Part shown: positions 37,401-46,600 of the stretch, in pieces
Layout: the number at the start of each line of letters is the position of its first letter
Position numbering within the stretch: position 1 is the first letter of the stretch
The notes under the pieces: model-generated
Database searches by the model: none
Told to the model about the DNA's origin: nothing
Seen by the model: the letters and a program-made list of their open reading frames with translations, nothing else
Position numbers and translations under genes: made by a program
Virus record (IMG/VR): IMGVR_UViG_3300013126_000029
Location: 572-64,571 of that record
Source: a virus
Taxonomy: Duplodnaviria; Caudoviricetes
Strand: one strand, 5' to 3'
DNA: 64,000 nucleotides

Positions 37401-40400
37401 GAGGCCAACCAGGATCGGAACTTCTCGTCGTCGCTCTCGGCTTGCTCGCGGGCCCGCTCGCCATGCAGGGGGAGCCGGTTCATGTAGCGCAGGACGTTGC
37501 GGAACGGGGCCGAATCGGCCGCGCCGGAGTAAGTGAAGCCGTCGCCGCTATGCTTGCCCCGCTGCCCATTCTTGTTGAGAAAAGAGACGGTGTAGACGCC
37601 GCCGGCCTCGGTGACCTTGAAGTCGCTGAAGTCGCTTTGCCACTCGGACAAGGTGCCTGGTGTGTTAAGCCACGCCTCGATGACGTGGGGCGGAATCCAC
37701 CCGCTGCGCACCGACACCTCGACCTGGTCGAGCGGGCGCCAGCGTTCGTCGATGTGCCGTTGCACCAGGGCGAGCCGGGCCTCGGCGCGCTGGCGGGTGG
37801 CCTCGTCCTCGCTCGCGGCCATCTCGTGCTCGTGGTCGCGCACGGCGAAGAGGTCTCCGCTGGCGTAGTCGTCGGCGTGCAGGACTGCGGGCGCGTCTCC
37901 CTCGACGCCGAACGCCCCGCGCGCGTCCACGTACTCGCCGCTCTGCACCAGGCCGGCGACGACGAGATCGTCGTCTGCGGCGGCCGGGAAAGCCTCGCGG
38001 AGCTGCGCCACGGTGATCGGCGCGCCGGGGTTGTGGGTGGCGAGGTGGCTCGCGGCCTCGGCCACGCTGGTTACTCGGACGGCGACGTCGCCGCGCGCGG
38101 CGGGGGGGATGACCGGGTCGGTGGTCAGGACGTCGGCCATCGACTTGTCGGCGTTCACGGCGCTCACCAGGTGCGCGATGTTCGCGTCCTGGTTGGCGAG
38201 GGCCTGGATTTCGGGGTGCTTGCTCGGCACGCCGTAGTTCTCGACCCAAGCGTTCAGATCCTTCTGGAGCTTGCGCCGGATGCCGCGGGCTCGCAGGTAG
38301 TCGCCGCGCTCCATGGCGGAGCGCAGGTCGCCGTAGCGCAGGGCCAACTCGCCCGCGCTCTTGAGGGCCGCGTCCCCGCTGTGCATCAGTTCGCGGGCGT
38401 CGTCGATGCTGTCGAGCCGGCGCCAGCGCAGCTCTCCGCTCGGGTCCGGGGTGAGGATGTACGTCTTGCCGGCGATCACGGTCTGGCTGCCGCGCACCGA
38501 CGGCGGCTCGGCCACGGCGGACTTGGCCGTTTCGAGCGAGTCGCGCACCCGCTGATCGGCGTGTGCGGCCATCTCCTCGGCCGTGACGGCCTGGCCGGCC
38601 TGGCTCTGGGCCCACGATGCGGTGCCACGCGCCCGGATGAGGGGGGCGCAGGCGTCGGCGTTGCCCTCGACGAGATCCCCACCGCGCCAGTCCTTGCCGA
38701 CCGTCCCCAGGACGCGGTCGGGCTTGTCGTCGAACCAGCGCCCGAAGATGAACGCCTCGTCGTGCGTGCCGACCGCTCGCGCGACCTGCTCGCCCCCGCG
38801 GGCGAGCGCGGTCGCGACGACCTCGGGCCGCTTGCGCAGGATGATGACGTCGGAAACGACCGTGGTGTCGGCGTGCTTGAACGCCTCGACCGGCAGGCGG
38901 AAGGCGTCCACCAACTCGGCGCGCTCGCCGAGTCGGTGCCGGAAGTCCTGCATGCCGTCGTTGGACATGACCCCGCGGTGCACGATCATCGCCACCAATC
39001 CGCCCTCCTTGACCTGGTCGAGGGCGGTGTCCACGAAGTAGGCGTCGGCGGAGGTGTACTCGGGCTTGTGGATGCGGGCCCCGTCGCCGGTGCGAGTGCA
39101 GAACGGGGCATTGGTGATGACCGCGTCGAAGCGGTCGCCCACGCCGCGCTCGCGGGCGACCGCGAAGTGCTCGAAGCCTTGGGCGTGGATGGTGTGTCGG
39201 GCCCCATGCAGGCTCGACGCAACGAGGGCCACCTCGGGGTCGATCTCGACGCCGGTCATGGTGACGCCCTCGGGGGCGGTCTGCATAAAGACGCCTGATC
39301 CGCAAGCGGGCTCCAGCACCTTCGCGTTCGTGGGGAGCCCATGGTGGGCGAGCAGATCCCACATGGACGCCGCGATGTCCGGGCGGGTGAAGTACTGGTT
39401 GAGGCTGTCGCCGATCCCGCCCCTGCCGGAGTAGAGCGCGACCTGGTCCATTTCCTTCTGGGTCAACTCGCGGCCCTGCCCCACGGCCTTCTGGATGAGC
39501 GCGACGGCGGCGCTGTTGGCCTCCTTGCGCTGCTTGGGCGTGAGGTCGCGGCCGAAACTGTGCGTGCTGGCCTTGGGCCCGCTCGACGCCTGCGCGGGCT
39601 CCACCTTCGGCGTCTTCGTTCCGGCAATAATCCGGTCTGCCTCGGCCTCGGCGGCCTGGCTCATGGCTGCCTGCATCTCTTCGGTCGGCTCTCCGGTGGG
39701 CCCGGTCTCGTCGCTCCAAAGGTGGTCGAGAAGTTTGGTGACAAGCGCGGCCCGGCGTGCAGGCGTCCAGTCGCCCTTGGCTTCCATGTCGGTGAGGTGA
39801 AGGCGTTGGTGGAAGTTCTCCAAAGACTCCTGAAGCGAGCGCGACGGGGCGGCCTCCGCCGGTGGCGGTCCATCGACGATCTCGGCGGCGCCGGCCTGGG
39901 CGGCGCGGGCCAACGTCTCGTCGGACACGGGCGGGCCCTGGGGCGCCCCCTCGGGCCGCCAGCCGGCCTCGCCCTTCTGCCAGACCTGCGTCCCGTCGTC
40001 GTGAGCGAGCGTGACCTGGGCACCGGCGGGGGCGCTCTCCAGGTACTCGACGGTCCGGGCGGGCTCGGCGACCGGATCGGGGCGCTGCGGCGGCTCGGCC
40101 TCGCGGGTCGGGAGCTTGGCCGGCTCGGCCTCGCGCACCGTCTGGGCGAGCTTGCTCGCCACCTCGTTCAGGAAGGCGTCCCGGCCGAGCTTGTCGAGCC
40201 CGTCGAAGTAGAGCATGCCCCACCCCTTCGCGTGCTCGTCGGCGTGGCCCAGCGCGTCGGTGCGCGCGGTGGCCTCGTCGGCTGCCAGATCCTCGATCTG
40301 CTTCTGGATGCCGAGCACCAGGCCGTCGCGGTCGTTGACCGTCGCCATCTGTCGGAACCCCGGATCGGCGGCGAGCTTGGCCGCGAGGTCACCCTCGACG

Positions 40401-42328
40401 TCCTGCCCGACGTAGTAGGTCCGGGTCACCCCGTCCTTGCCGGTGATCTTGCGGGCCTGGAGGCGCCCGCCGTCGGTCGGGTCGCGGGTGATGTCCTGGC
40501 TGCTGGGGGCGACCGGATCGGCATGAGGGCCGGCGGGGGCCGGCTGCCCGACCGACGCGGTCAACCGCTCGGCCTCGGCGCTGGCCTGTTCGGCGGCGGG
40601 CCGGCGGGCCGGGTCGCTCATGGCGGCGAGCCACGCATCCGCCGCCTTCTTGTGAGCGGCCATGGCGGCCATGCGTTCGGCACCGTGGGCGTTGCCCTCC
40701 TGTGAGGAGATCGTCGCCTGGTCCTTTGCGGACGTCGTGTGCGCCATGAACCGGGCGTGGGCGGCGCGGGCCTGCTCCTTCGCGTCTTCGGACGACGGCT
40801 GCGGCTGCGGCGCCGCCCTGGCCTGCATGGCTGCCGCGTGCTCCTTGTCCAGCGCGTCGAGCTTCTTTCTCGCCTCCTCGACGTGTCCCTGCGCTCCGAT
40901 CCGGTAGCCGGCGGAGTGCGCGGTTCGCGCTTCCCCAGACCAGAACGCGATCTGTCGCTTGGTCTCTTTGATGTCGTCCTGAATGGCGTCGGTGGAGCGG
41001 GTGGGCGGCGGGTGGGCGGCGGGAGACTCCTCGGTCGCTTCGCTCTCGTTCGTCTCGTCGCCTTCATCGTCCGACTGGCCGGTGAAGGCGCGCGCGGCGT
41101 CCTCGCTCTTGAAGATGAAACCGGGGATCGCCCCGTTGCCCTTGAAGCTGCTGTAGCGTCCCCCCAGGCGCTTCGCCTTGGTGTTGATCTCCTGGTAGGT
41201 CTCGCTGCTGACCCGGTCCTGGAGCTGCACGGTCCACAACGCCTCGCCGGTCTTGGTGTGGCGGTTGGGGATGATCTTCGCTCCGCTCATGGCCTCGTCG
41301 GCCCCGCCCTCCTTGGGCAGGCGGGCGGTGCGCGTGTCCTCGGACCCGTTCCTGTTCGTGCTCGCTCGCTCGCTGGGGGGGCCGCTCTTGCGCCAGGCGC
41401 TCCAACGATAGCCGCGCGGCGTCTTGTCCTGGCCGCGAGAGAACCACTGGCCGTCCTCTCGGCGCGACCACTGGAGCTGCGTCTGGTAGTCCATCGTGTA
41501 GCCGTGGAAGATCGTCCCGGCGGGGTATTCCTCGGGTGTCTTCCGGCGCGGCGTGTCTTCCGGCGCGGCGGCTTCGGGCGTTGCAGTCGTTGTCGGCTCG
41601 GCCGGCGGCGCGGGCGCGGGCATTTCATCGTTCGCTGCCGGGCTCGGTGCGGCCGGCGTTTCAGTCGTCGTCGGATCGGTCCACGACGGCTTGCGCGCGC
41701 TCGGCGGCGTGGGGTCTTCGCCGGGCTGCACCGGGCGCAGATCGCCCGGTTCGACCTCGGTGCGCATGCCGGCCAGGACGACAAACGGCCGGCCGTCGTC
41801 CTCTCCGGCGAACGTGACCGGGCTCCAACCGCTGCCACTGGAGTCCTTGAGCATGACCCGGTCGCCCCGCTGGAAGGTCGGTCGCGCCGGGGCCTGCTGG
41901 TTGGCGTGGTGGGCCTGGGCGGCGCTGAGGAGCTGGTCGCGCCGCTCGACGTCCTCCGGGGTTGCCTCTGGACGTTTCGCCTGCTGGTGCGCCTCCACCA
42001 GGGCGCTCGCGACCTGGCCGGGGCTCGCCTGGCTGGCCCATCCGAACAGATCGGGCCCCAGGTCCGGCTTGGCCTTGGCCTTGCGGGGCGCCTTGGCGGG
42101 CTGGGTCGGCAGGACGTGTACGGTCTGCTGGTGCCCGGCTTTGTTCACGATCTGGCGCTCGATGAGGCGCCCGCCGTGACTGGCGTCTCCAGGCGCAAAC
42201 AGGTCGAGTTGGCCGGATGGCGTCGGGGTGGGTCGAGGCGTTGGCTTCGCAGGTGGGGCCGACCCACTTCCGAAAAGCGCCAGTTGTTCAGCCTTGAACC
42301 CGTCGTCGAGGATGTGGATCAGAAACAT
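34424..42328 (-). CDS. DarB-like protein: N6-adenine DNA methyltransferase + SNF2 helicase (P1 DarB architecture)
   Basis: Start re-chosen at ATG 42328. MTase QYFT, VLEPACGSG, GVEID, ITNAPF; helicase FDVGLGKT, FVDEAHNF, LLTATP, MGEGVNLQ, QREGRAVRQGN. Confidence 0.9.
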   Translation of the reverse strand: MFLIHILDDGFKAEQLALFGSGSAPPAKPTPRPTPTPSGQLDLFAPGDASHGGRLIERQIVNKAGHQQTVHVLPTQPAKAPRKAKAKPDLGPDLFGWASQASPGQVASALVEAHQQAKRPEATPEDVERRDQLLSAAQAHHANQQAPARPTFQRGDRVMLKDSSGSGWSPVTFAGEDDGRPFVVLAGMRTEVEPGDLRPVQPGEDPTPPSARKPSWTDPTTTETPAAPSPAANDEMPAPAPPAEPTTTATPEAAAPEDTPRRKTPEEYPAGTIFHGYTMDYQTQLQWSRREDGQWFSRGQDKTPRGYRWSAWRKSGPPSERASTNRNGSEDTRTARLPKEGGADEAMSGAKIIPNRHTKTGEALWTVQLQDRVSSETYQEINTKAKRLGGRYSSFKGNGAIPGFIFKSEDAARAFTGQSDDEGDETNESEATEESPAAHPPPTRSTDAIQDDIKETKRQIAFWSGEARTAHSAGYRIGAQGHVEEARKKLDALDKEHAAAMQARAAPQPQPSSEDAKEQARAAHARFMAHTTSAKDQATISSQEGNAHGAERMAAMAAHKKAADAWLAAMSDPARRPAAEQASAEAERLTASVGQPAPAGPHADPVAPSSQDITRDPTDGGRLQARKITGKDGVTRTYYVGQDVEGDLAAKLAADPGFRQMATVNDRDGLVLGIQKQIEDLAADEATARTDALGHADEHAKGWGMLYFDGLDKLGRDAFLNEVASKLAQTVREAEPAKLPTREAEPPQRPDPVAEPARTVEYLESAPAGAQVTLAHDDGTQVWQKGEAGWRPEGAPQGPPVSDETLARAAQAGAAEIVDGPPPAEAAPSRSLQESLENFHQRLHLTDMEAKGDWTPARRAALVTKLLDHLWSDETGPTGEPTEEMQAAMSQAAEAEADRIIAGTKTPKVEPAQASSGPKASTHSFGRDLTPKQRKEANSAAVALIQKAVGQGRELTQKEMDQVALYSGRGGIGDSLNQYFTRPDIAASMWDLLAHHGLPTNAKVLEPACGSGVFMQTAPEGVTMTGVEIDPEVALVASSLHGARHTIHAQGFEHFAVARERGVGDRFDAVITNAPFCTRTGDGARIHKPEYTSADAYFVDTALDQVKEGGLVAMIVHRGVMSNDGMQDFRHRLGERAELVDAFRLPVEAFKHADTTVVSDVIILRKRPEVVATALARGGEQVARAVGTHDEAFIFGRWFDDKPDRVLGTVGKDWRGGDLVEGNADACAPLIRARGTASWAQSQAGQAVTAEEMAAHADQRVRDSLETAKSAVAEPPSVRGSQTVIAGKTYILTPDPSGELRWRRLDSIDDARELMHSGDAALKSAGELALRYGDLRSAMERGDYLRARGIRRKLQKDLNAWVENYGVPSKHPEIQALANQDANIAHLVSAVNADKSMADVLTTDPVIPPAARGDVAVRVTSVAEAASHLATHNPGAPITVAQLREAFPAAADDDLVVAGLVQSGEYVDARGAFGVEGDAPAVLHADDYASGDLFAVRDHEHEMAASEDEATRQRAEARLALVQRHIDERWRPLDQVEVSVRSGWIPPHVIEAWLNTPGTLSEWQSDFSDFKVTEAGGVYTVSFLNKNGQRGKHSGDGFTYSGAADSAPFRNVLRYMNRLPLHGERAREQAESDDEKFRSWLASSDLRNDVEEVYNRRFTGQVPRRLNSTPMKIDGLTFELHPYHYEQIRWNTDRRGGIVAFDVGLGKTFNTIATARQMRISGQARKVAVTCPKSVIINWTKEIEKLHPGAKVLVVGATSKEKPKKTWHDPQVPEYVAEADSDEALTRKLADLAANDYDMVLFTYEAQARIPVRDENVTRFEGDDFWARRASKLSARESTVAVSLDSREKKLAKALASYQAERAKLAFGVKQSIIHWEDLGIDAMFVDEAHNFANLGSPRSRGGEVKMMGSSSDNVKRSHDLQLKAALVRERRKPDETDEAHQQRMSQNGADGLGVNGNGVFLLTATPAKNSPMDVYHLMLQATPQVWRQVGVRNLEEFIDRYVDIEERTIINTNQQAEMAQCAVGFKNMNELREVMERGLRRRTAKEVNLKLPQVEREEHLVDMTPQQHQAFRDIRDEFERRKLDKDPRVAAAATFWLLHQLNAAGTDLSLLAEEHPEHAGEWRHSPKYHEAVGTIVKNLKAGRGGQVVFIDRNDSHTALKKLLVEAGIPEKEIEILNAKTAADADKRYAISERFNKGTTRIVIGNTGTMGEGVNLQQNTSDLHHLDLPWSPGKYHQREGRAVRQGNKYDRVKIHTYFSKRSFDSYRHAILSGKQGWVANLYSGSDYAENTEEGEKFSPEELQIMLADDPEEARKTFEANRGARVAALQDAARAKAMRDWQGVIKRRSALAKMPDKTSHAARRLAENIRLDTERLKRVTELPKPLRQALDTNVPCVAVPTTGAILKVGDVIHPKGDKVTDSGHVITDVDPVRGSVTVRPFGPRRRSWSDNPTISAALLPEYVTHTGPETEADAYRPEIKAKLDSAKKYPSLAGGALAEMRDWPKDIRREFEPEARQIANLSAADAKHGHVFVRRGDAVAAVRAGTPEAKDAVGLLPWGEDREAIVRGLVAHLRAEGKKPVYTHGRHGSMSNTGRYEYQPSYEWKNAHNRVVGGQGEDHGLVREAIRRINSEDRK

Positions 42329-42344
42329 GGCAGACCTCGCCGCG

Positions 42345-42373
42345 AGAATCCGCCATCGGCCCACGCCGGTCAA
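42345..42373 (-). promoter_or_regulatory. Putative promoter TTGACC-N17-GATTCT upstream of the DarB-like gene
   Basis: Intergenic; good -35, weak -10; GAGG RBS follows. Confidence 0.3.
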
Positions 42374-42382
42374 TCGGCCCGG

Positions 42383-42586
42383 CTACCCTCGTTTCTGGCG
42401 CCCGGAAAACGCATGGTGGGCCGCGATGGCCTGTTGCTGGCTGACCTGCCGCCCTTCATGCTCGACGTCCAGGACGTTTGCACCGATGGGGACGGTGCGC
42501 CCGTCGGCGTGCATGCCCATCACGCGGTTCTGGATGACTGCCAGGACGTCGCCGTCGGGCATCACGTACCACTTGCGGGGGTCCAT
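42383..42586 (-). CDS. Small protein coupled to the RelA/SpoT gene (candidate immunity/antitoxin)
   Basis: 67 aa MDPRKWYVMPDGD...; TGATG coupling and AAGGAG RBS. Confidence 0.6.
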   Translation of the reverse strand: MDPRKWYVMPDGDVLAVIQNRVMGMHADGRTVPIGANVLDVEHEGRQVSQQQAIAAHHAFSGRQKRG

Positions 42587-43575
42587 CAGCTCTCCTTGTG
42601 CAGGCGGCGCATCGCGGCCAACCAGACCAGTTTGGACGCCTTGTTGTAGTGCTCGTGGTTGCCGTTGAACCCGGTCTGTCGAGTGACCTCGTAGATCCCG
42701 TGGCTTTGCCCCTTTGGAGCGAGCATCGCCCGCGGGTGGAATTGCAATTCCGCGCGAACCGGGCCCTTCGAGGTCGGGATGTAGACGTCGGCGTGCACCG
42801 CGGCGTATCCGGTGTCCGTCGGCTGCGCCCACTTGTTGTCCACGACCATGTCTCCGCCCATCGCCCTGAAGCGGGCCTGGGCGGCGCGCACGACGTCGCC
42901 CAGCTGCTCGGGCGTATCGACGACGATGGAGCCGCGCACGGCGTCGCCGACGCCCTTGTGCGCCAACTCGCGCATGGCGGCCTCGTCCACCGGCAGACCT
43001 CGCTCCCGGCGGGCCTGGGCCTTCTTCTCGATCTTGCGGCGGATGCCGTCCACGGCCTTCGTGGCGTGTTTGTCGTTCTCGCCCATCGTGGCCTCGGCGC
43101 CGGGCACGCTCTTGGCGATGCCGTGCAGGGCCTCGACCCACCGCGGCTTGGCCTCGGCGGCGACGGCGGCGACCTCATCGGCGGTGAAGGCGTGGTCGTT
43201 GCCCCAGGTGGCGATCTTCAGGTGCCCGTCGCCGGTGTCTCCCACGTCTCCGATCCGCTGGGCGATGGCGGCGCGATGGCGGTCCCACGCTTCGTGCGGG
43301 TGCTCGTGTGGCACGTAGAGCGGGGCGCCGTGGATGTCGGGGGCCTCGGCTAGGTAAGCGCCGCCCCCGGCGTGCGCGTGCGCGGCGTTGTGCAGCTCGG
43401 CCGGGTGAAGGTCGCCCGACTTCGGGGCCATGTGGTCGCCTCCCATCGACGGGCGCGTCCAGCGGCGCGTCTTTCGACCGGCGCGGTCGGTGATGGTGGT
43501 GAGAACGAGACCGGGGCGGTTGGCGATTCCGCCGGTGTCCTTCAAACCCTCGCCGAAGATGACGGTGATCTGCAT
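42586..43575 (-). CDS. RelA/SpoT-family small alarmone synthetase-like protein
   Basis: Start re-chosen at ATG 43575 (GAGGAG RBS). Synthetase motifs TKAVDGIRRKI, GDAVRGSIVV, TGYAAVH, AELQFH, HGIYE; no HD hydrolase domain. Confidence 0.8.
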   Translation of the reverse strand: MQITVIFGEGLKDTGGIANRPGLVLTTITDRAGRKTRRWTRPSMGGDHMAPKSGDLHPAELHNAAHAHAGGGAYLAEAPDIHGAPLYVPHEHPHEAWDRHRAAIAQRIGDVGDTGDGHLKIATWGNDHAFTADEVAAVAAEAKPRWVEALHGIAKSVPGAEATMGENDKHATKAVDGIRRKIEKKAQARRERGLPVDEAAMRELAHKGVGDAVRGSIVVDTPEQLGDVVRAAQARFRAMGGDMVVDNKWAQPTDTGYAAVHADVYIPTSKGPVRAELQFHPRAMLAPKGQSHGIYEVTRQTGFNGNHEHYNKASKLVWLAAMRRLHKES

Positions 43576-43698
43576 GTGCTCCTCACAGGGCGCGGGCCCG
43601 GTTGAATGCTTCCTCCGCTCGGCGGCGGGTCTCGGCGGGGTCTTCTCCACCCTCGCCCGTGCGGCGCACCGAATAGCCTCCCCCGGCGGCCGACGTGT

Positions 43699-46600
43699 TC
43701 ATCTGCTCCACCTCACCTCTTCGCGGGCGGCGCCGCCCGCGTCGCCTCGCCCTTGCGCATACCCGGCGGCCCAGTGGTCGTGCTCGGGCGTTCCCTGCTT
43801 GTGGGGGTTCTTCTGCGGGGCCGTTCCCTGCCCGCTGGCGCTGCGGCGCAAGGTCTCGTCGCCGTGGCCGGCGCTGTACCCGGACTCATTGGCGGCCTTG
43901 TGCGCCCGGCTCATGGCGTCCTCGCGCTCGTATTTGGCCACCCGCTCCGACGTGTCCTTGGCCTCTTGCGCCTTGCTGGCTGCGTTGCTCGCGTTCGACC
44001 GAAACGCCTCCGCGGCGGCCGTGTGCGCCTTCTCCGCGTTGGCGTGCCCGCCCGTGACGGACAAAGACGCGCCCCCTTCACGGGCGGCCTGGAGCTTCTG
44101 GCGGTGCTCCGCAGCGCGCGCCTCGTGCTTGTCGGCGGCCCCCTGGCGGGCGCGATGGTCCTGAGCCTTGTTGCGGATCTGCCCGGCGAGCCTGTCCGGG
44201 CGCGGCTTGACGCTCGCGTTCTGCAACGCGGCCATCATGCGTTGGCTGTCCGGGTGTTCTCGGTCGAAGGTCGTGCCGAACGCGGCGCTTCCGTGTGCGC
44301 CCTCGGCCTTGTCGTGCAGGTGTTGGGCGAGCTTCAGCGCGTCGTCGGGGGCGTAGCCTTGGGCGATGGAACGGCCGCTCGGGATGTGGGTGACGGTGGC
44401 GAGCCCTCCATGCTCGGGGGCCTCGTCGTGCACGCCGTAGACCCCGACGCGGTGGCCCTGCACCGACTTGCGGCCGGCCCCGGTGTCGATGGCGTAGCTG
44501 GCCGGCTCGGGTTTCGTCTCCGCCTTGGGCGCGGGCGGCCACTGGCCACCCGTGCGCTGGGACGTCAGGCGGCTCGCGTGCTCCGACTGCCGGTTGGCGG
44601 CGTTGGCGTGGATCTCGTAGTGATCCCCGCCGTGAACGTCGTTGGGGTCGAGGGTCGAGGCGGCGTGCTGGTAGGCGGCGCGGGCGGCCTCGTCCTGGGC
44701 GCGGGCGGCATCCTGATGCGCGGCCCGCTCGCCCCCGCCGGTGGCTTCATCGGCGGCCTGGCGATGGAGCTTGGCCAGGTGCTCGTGCACGGGCGCCTTG
44801 GCTCGGGCGGCCTGGCGGGCCGGCACCTGAGCCTCTTCCTTCTGGGCCTTCTCGCTGAGGGCGTGGGCGTCCTTGATCCGCTGCGGGCTGGCGTCCCCCC
44901 GGCGCATCTCGGTGGCCACCTGCTGCCAGGCATAGGCGGCCTGCTTGTGCGCGTTGCCGGCTCCATGCCCACCGTGACTTGACTGGAACTGTTCGCCCTT
45001 GCGGTCGTGCTCGTGGGCCTTGATCTGCGCCTGTTGCGGGGTGATGTCGGGCTCGGCGGCGGCGGCGGCGGCGGCGGGCGCGGGCTCGGGCGCGGGCGTG
45101 TGAATGTGGCCTCCCTCGGAATCCACGAGACGCATGACGGACTGGAAAGCGTGTTTGGAGGGTGGATCGTCCACGTCTGTCCACTCACCCGGAGCGTGGG
45201 AGCTTGGCTTCTGGCGGTGCCAGTCGGTTTTGCCTGGACCGACCTTCCGGTATGCGACATTCCCGTCTTTGGTGGTGTAGAGGGCGCCCTGTTTTGCTTG
45301 TGCGATGCCTTCGGGTGTCGCTCTGTCGCGCAACATGGCGGGCGCGGGCGGCTCCTTGGTCTCCTGGGCCACCCGGTACGACGGATCGGCGGCGCGGCGG
45401 TCGGCCTCGCGACCCTGGATCCGGTCGGCGACGGCCTTGACGTCTCGGCTGCGCGCATGGGCCTCGGTGGTAAGGCGGTCTGCTGCTGCTTCAGCGCCCG
45501 GGGTAGCGCCGACCCTGCTGTGCATGCGCGCCGCCTTGGTGTGTGCCAGCGCGGCCTCGCGGTGCTTGTCTCCTACTGGGTCTCCATCGGCCCGGCCCTC
45601 AGCCTGCTTCGCGTGAAACGCTGCGTGGGAAGTGTGTGCCTGCGCCTTGGCCTCGTGAGAACCGGGCCGGGTCTGCTGCACAATGCGAGCGGCCTGCCCC
45701 TCGCTGATCCCGCGATCCGGTCCTAAGCCTGCCGCGTCACGCTGACCGTTGGCTCGCAGGCTGGCGTCTGCGGCGTGGTGGCTGGCCACGGCGGCCTTGT
45801 TGCGGTCGATGGTCGCCTGGTCGCGCTCGGAGGTGTTGGGGCTCTCGCGCTTGCTGCTGCTCGCAAACGCGATCCCGTGCGCCGACGCTGCGGCGTGATG
45901 GGCGTCCGCTGCCGTTTCGTGCGCGCGCTCCGCCAGGTGGTCGCCGCGCCCGCGGGCGGTGTTGGCCAATTCCCGGTGGGCCTCGATGGCGCGGGCGTGG
46001 GACTGCTGCATCTCGGCGTGCTTCTGCCAGGGCTCGGCCGGCTTGGGCGCCTTCTTGAGCTTGGCGATCCCATCCTCGGCTTTCTTGGTCTCGGTGTCGG
46101 CCCTGGTGGTCGCCGTCTTCGCCTCGCTCTCGCTCCCGTTGCCGGTCGCGGCGGCTTTCGCGGCGTCTGCGGCGGCCCGGTGCGCCCGCTGGGCGGTCAT
46201 GTGATGCCGGCCCTCGGGGGTGCTCGGCCCGCCGGCTGCCTGCATCGCGTCTCGGTGGGCGTCGGCGATCCGCGTATGGCGAGCGGCGAGCATGTGGCCC
46301 CAGTGGCCGCTCGTGCCCTGCGCGGGTTCCTGCGCGGTGGGCGGCGGCTTGGGCATGGCGGCCTTGCGCAGTCCAGTGGCGTGTTCTCGGAGCGTGCCGG
46401 CGAGCGTGCTCATGGCGCTGCGCGCTGCGCGCAGGTGTGCGCGGCCCTCCGCGTGCGCCCCTTCGCCCTCTTTCTTGCCGTGCAGTTCGTCGGCGGCGTT
46501 GGCCTGTTCGGAGAAGTAGTCGGCCATTCGGTCGGCCATGCGGGGGTCGTCGGGAGCGCGGAGCTTGCTCTTGGCCCGGTCGTAGTGCGCGAGGATGTGG

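Noticed and set aside
45054-45100. (GGC)n run
   Set aside because: Encodes a poly-Ala/Pro linker inside a CDS.
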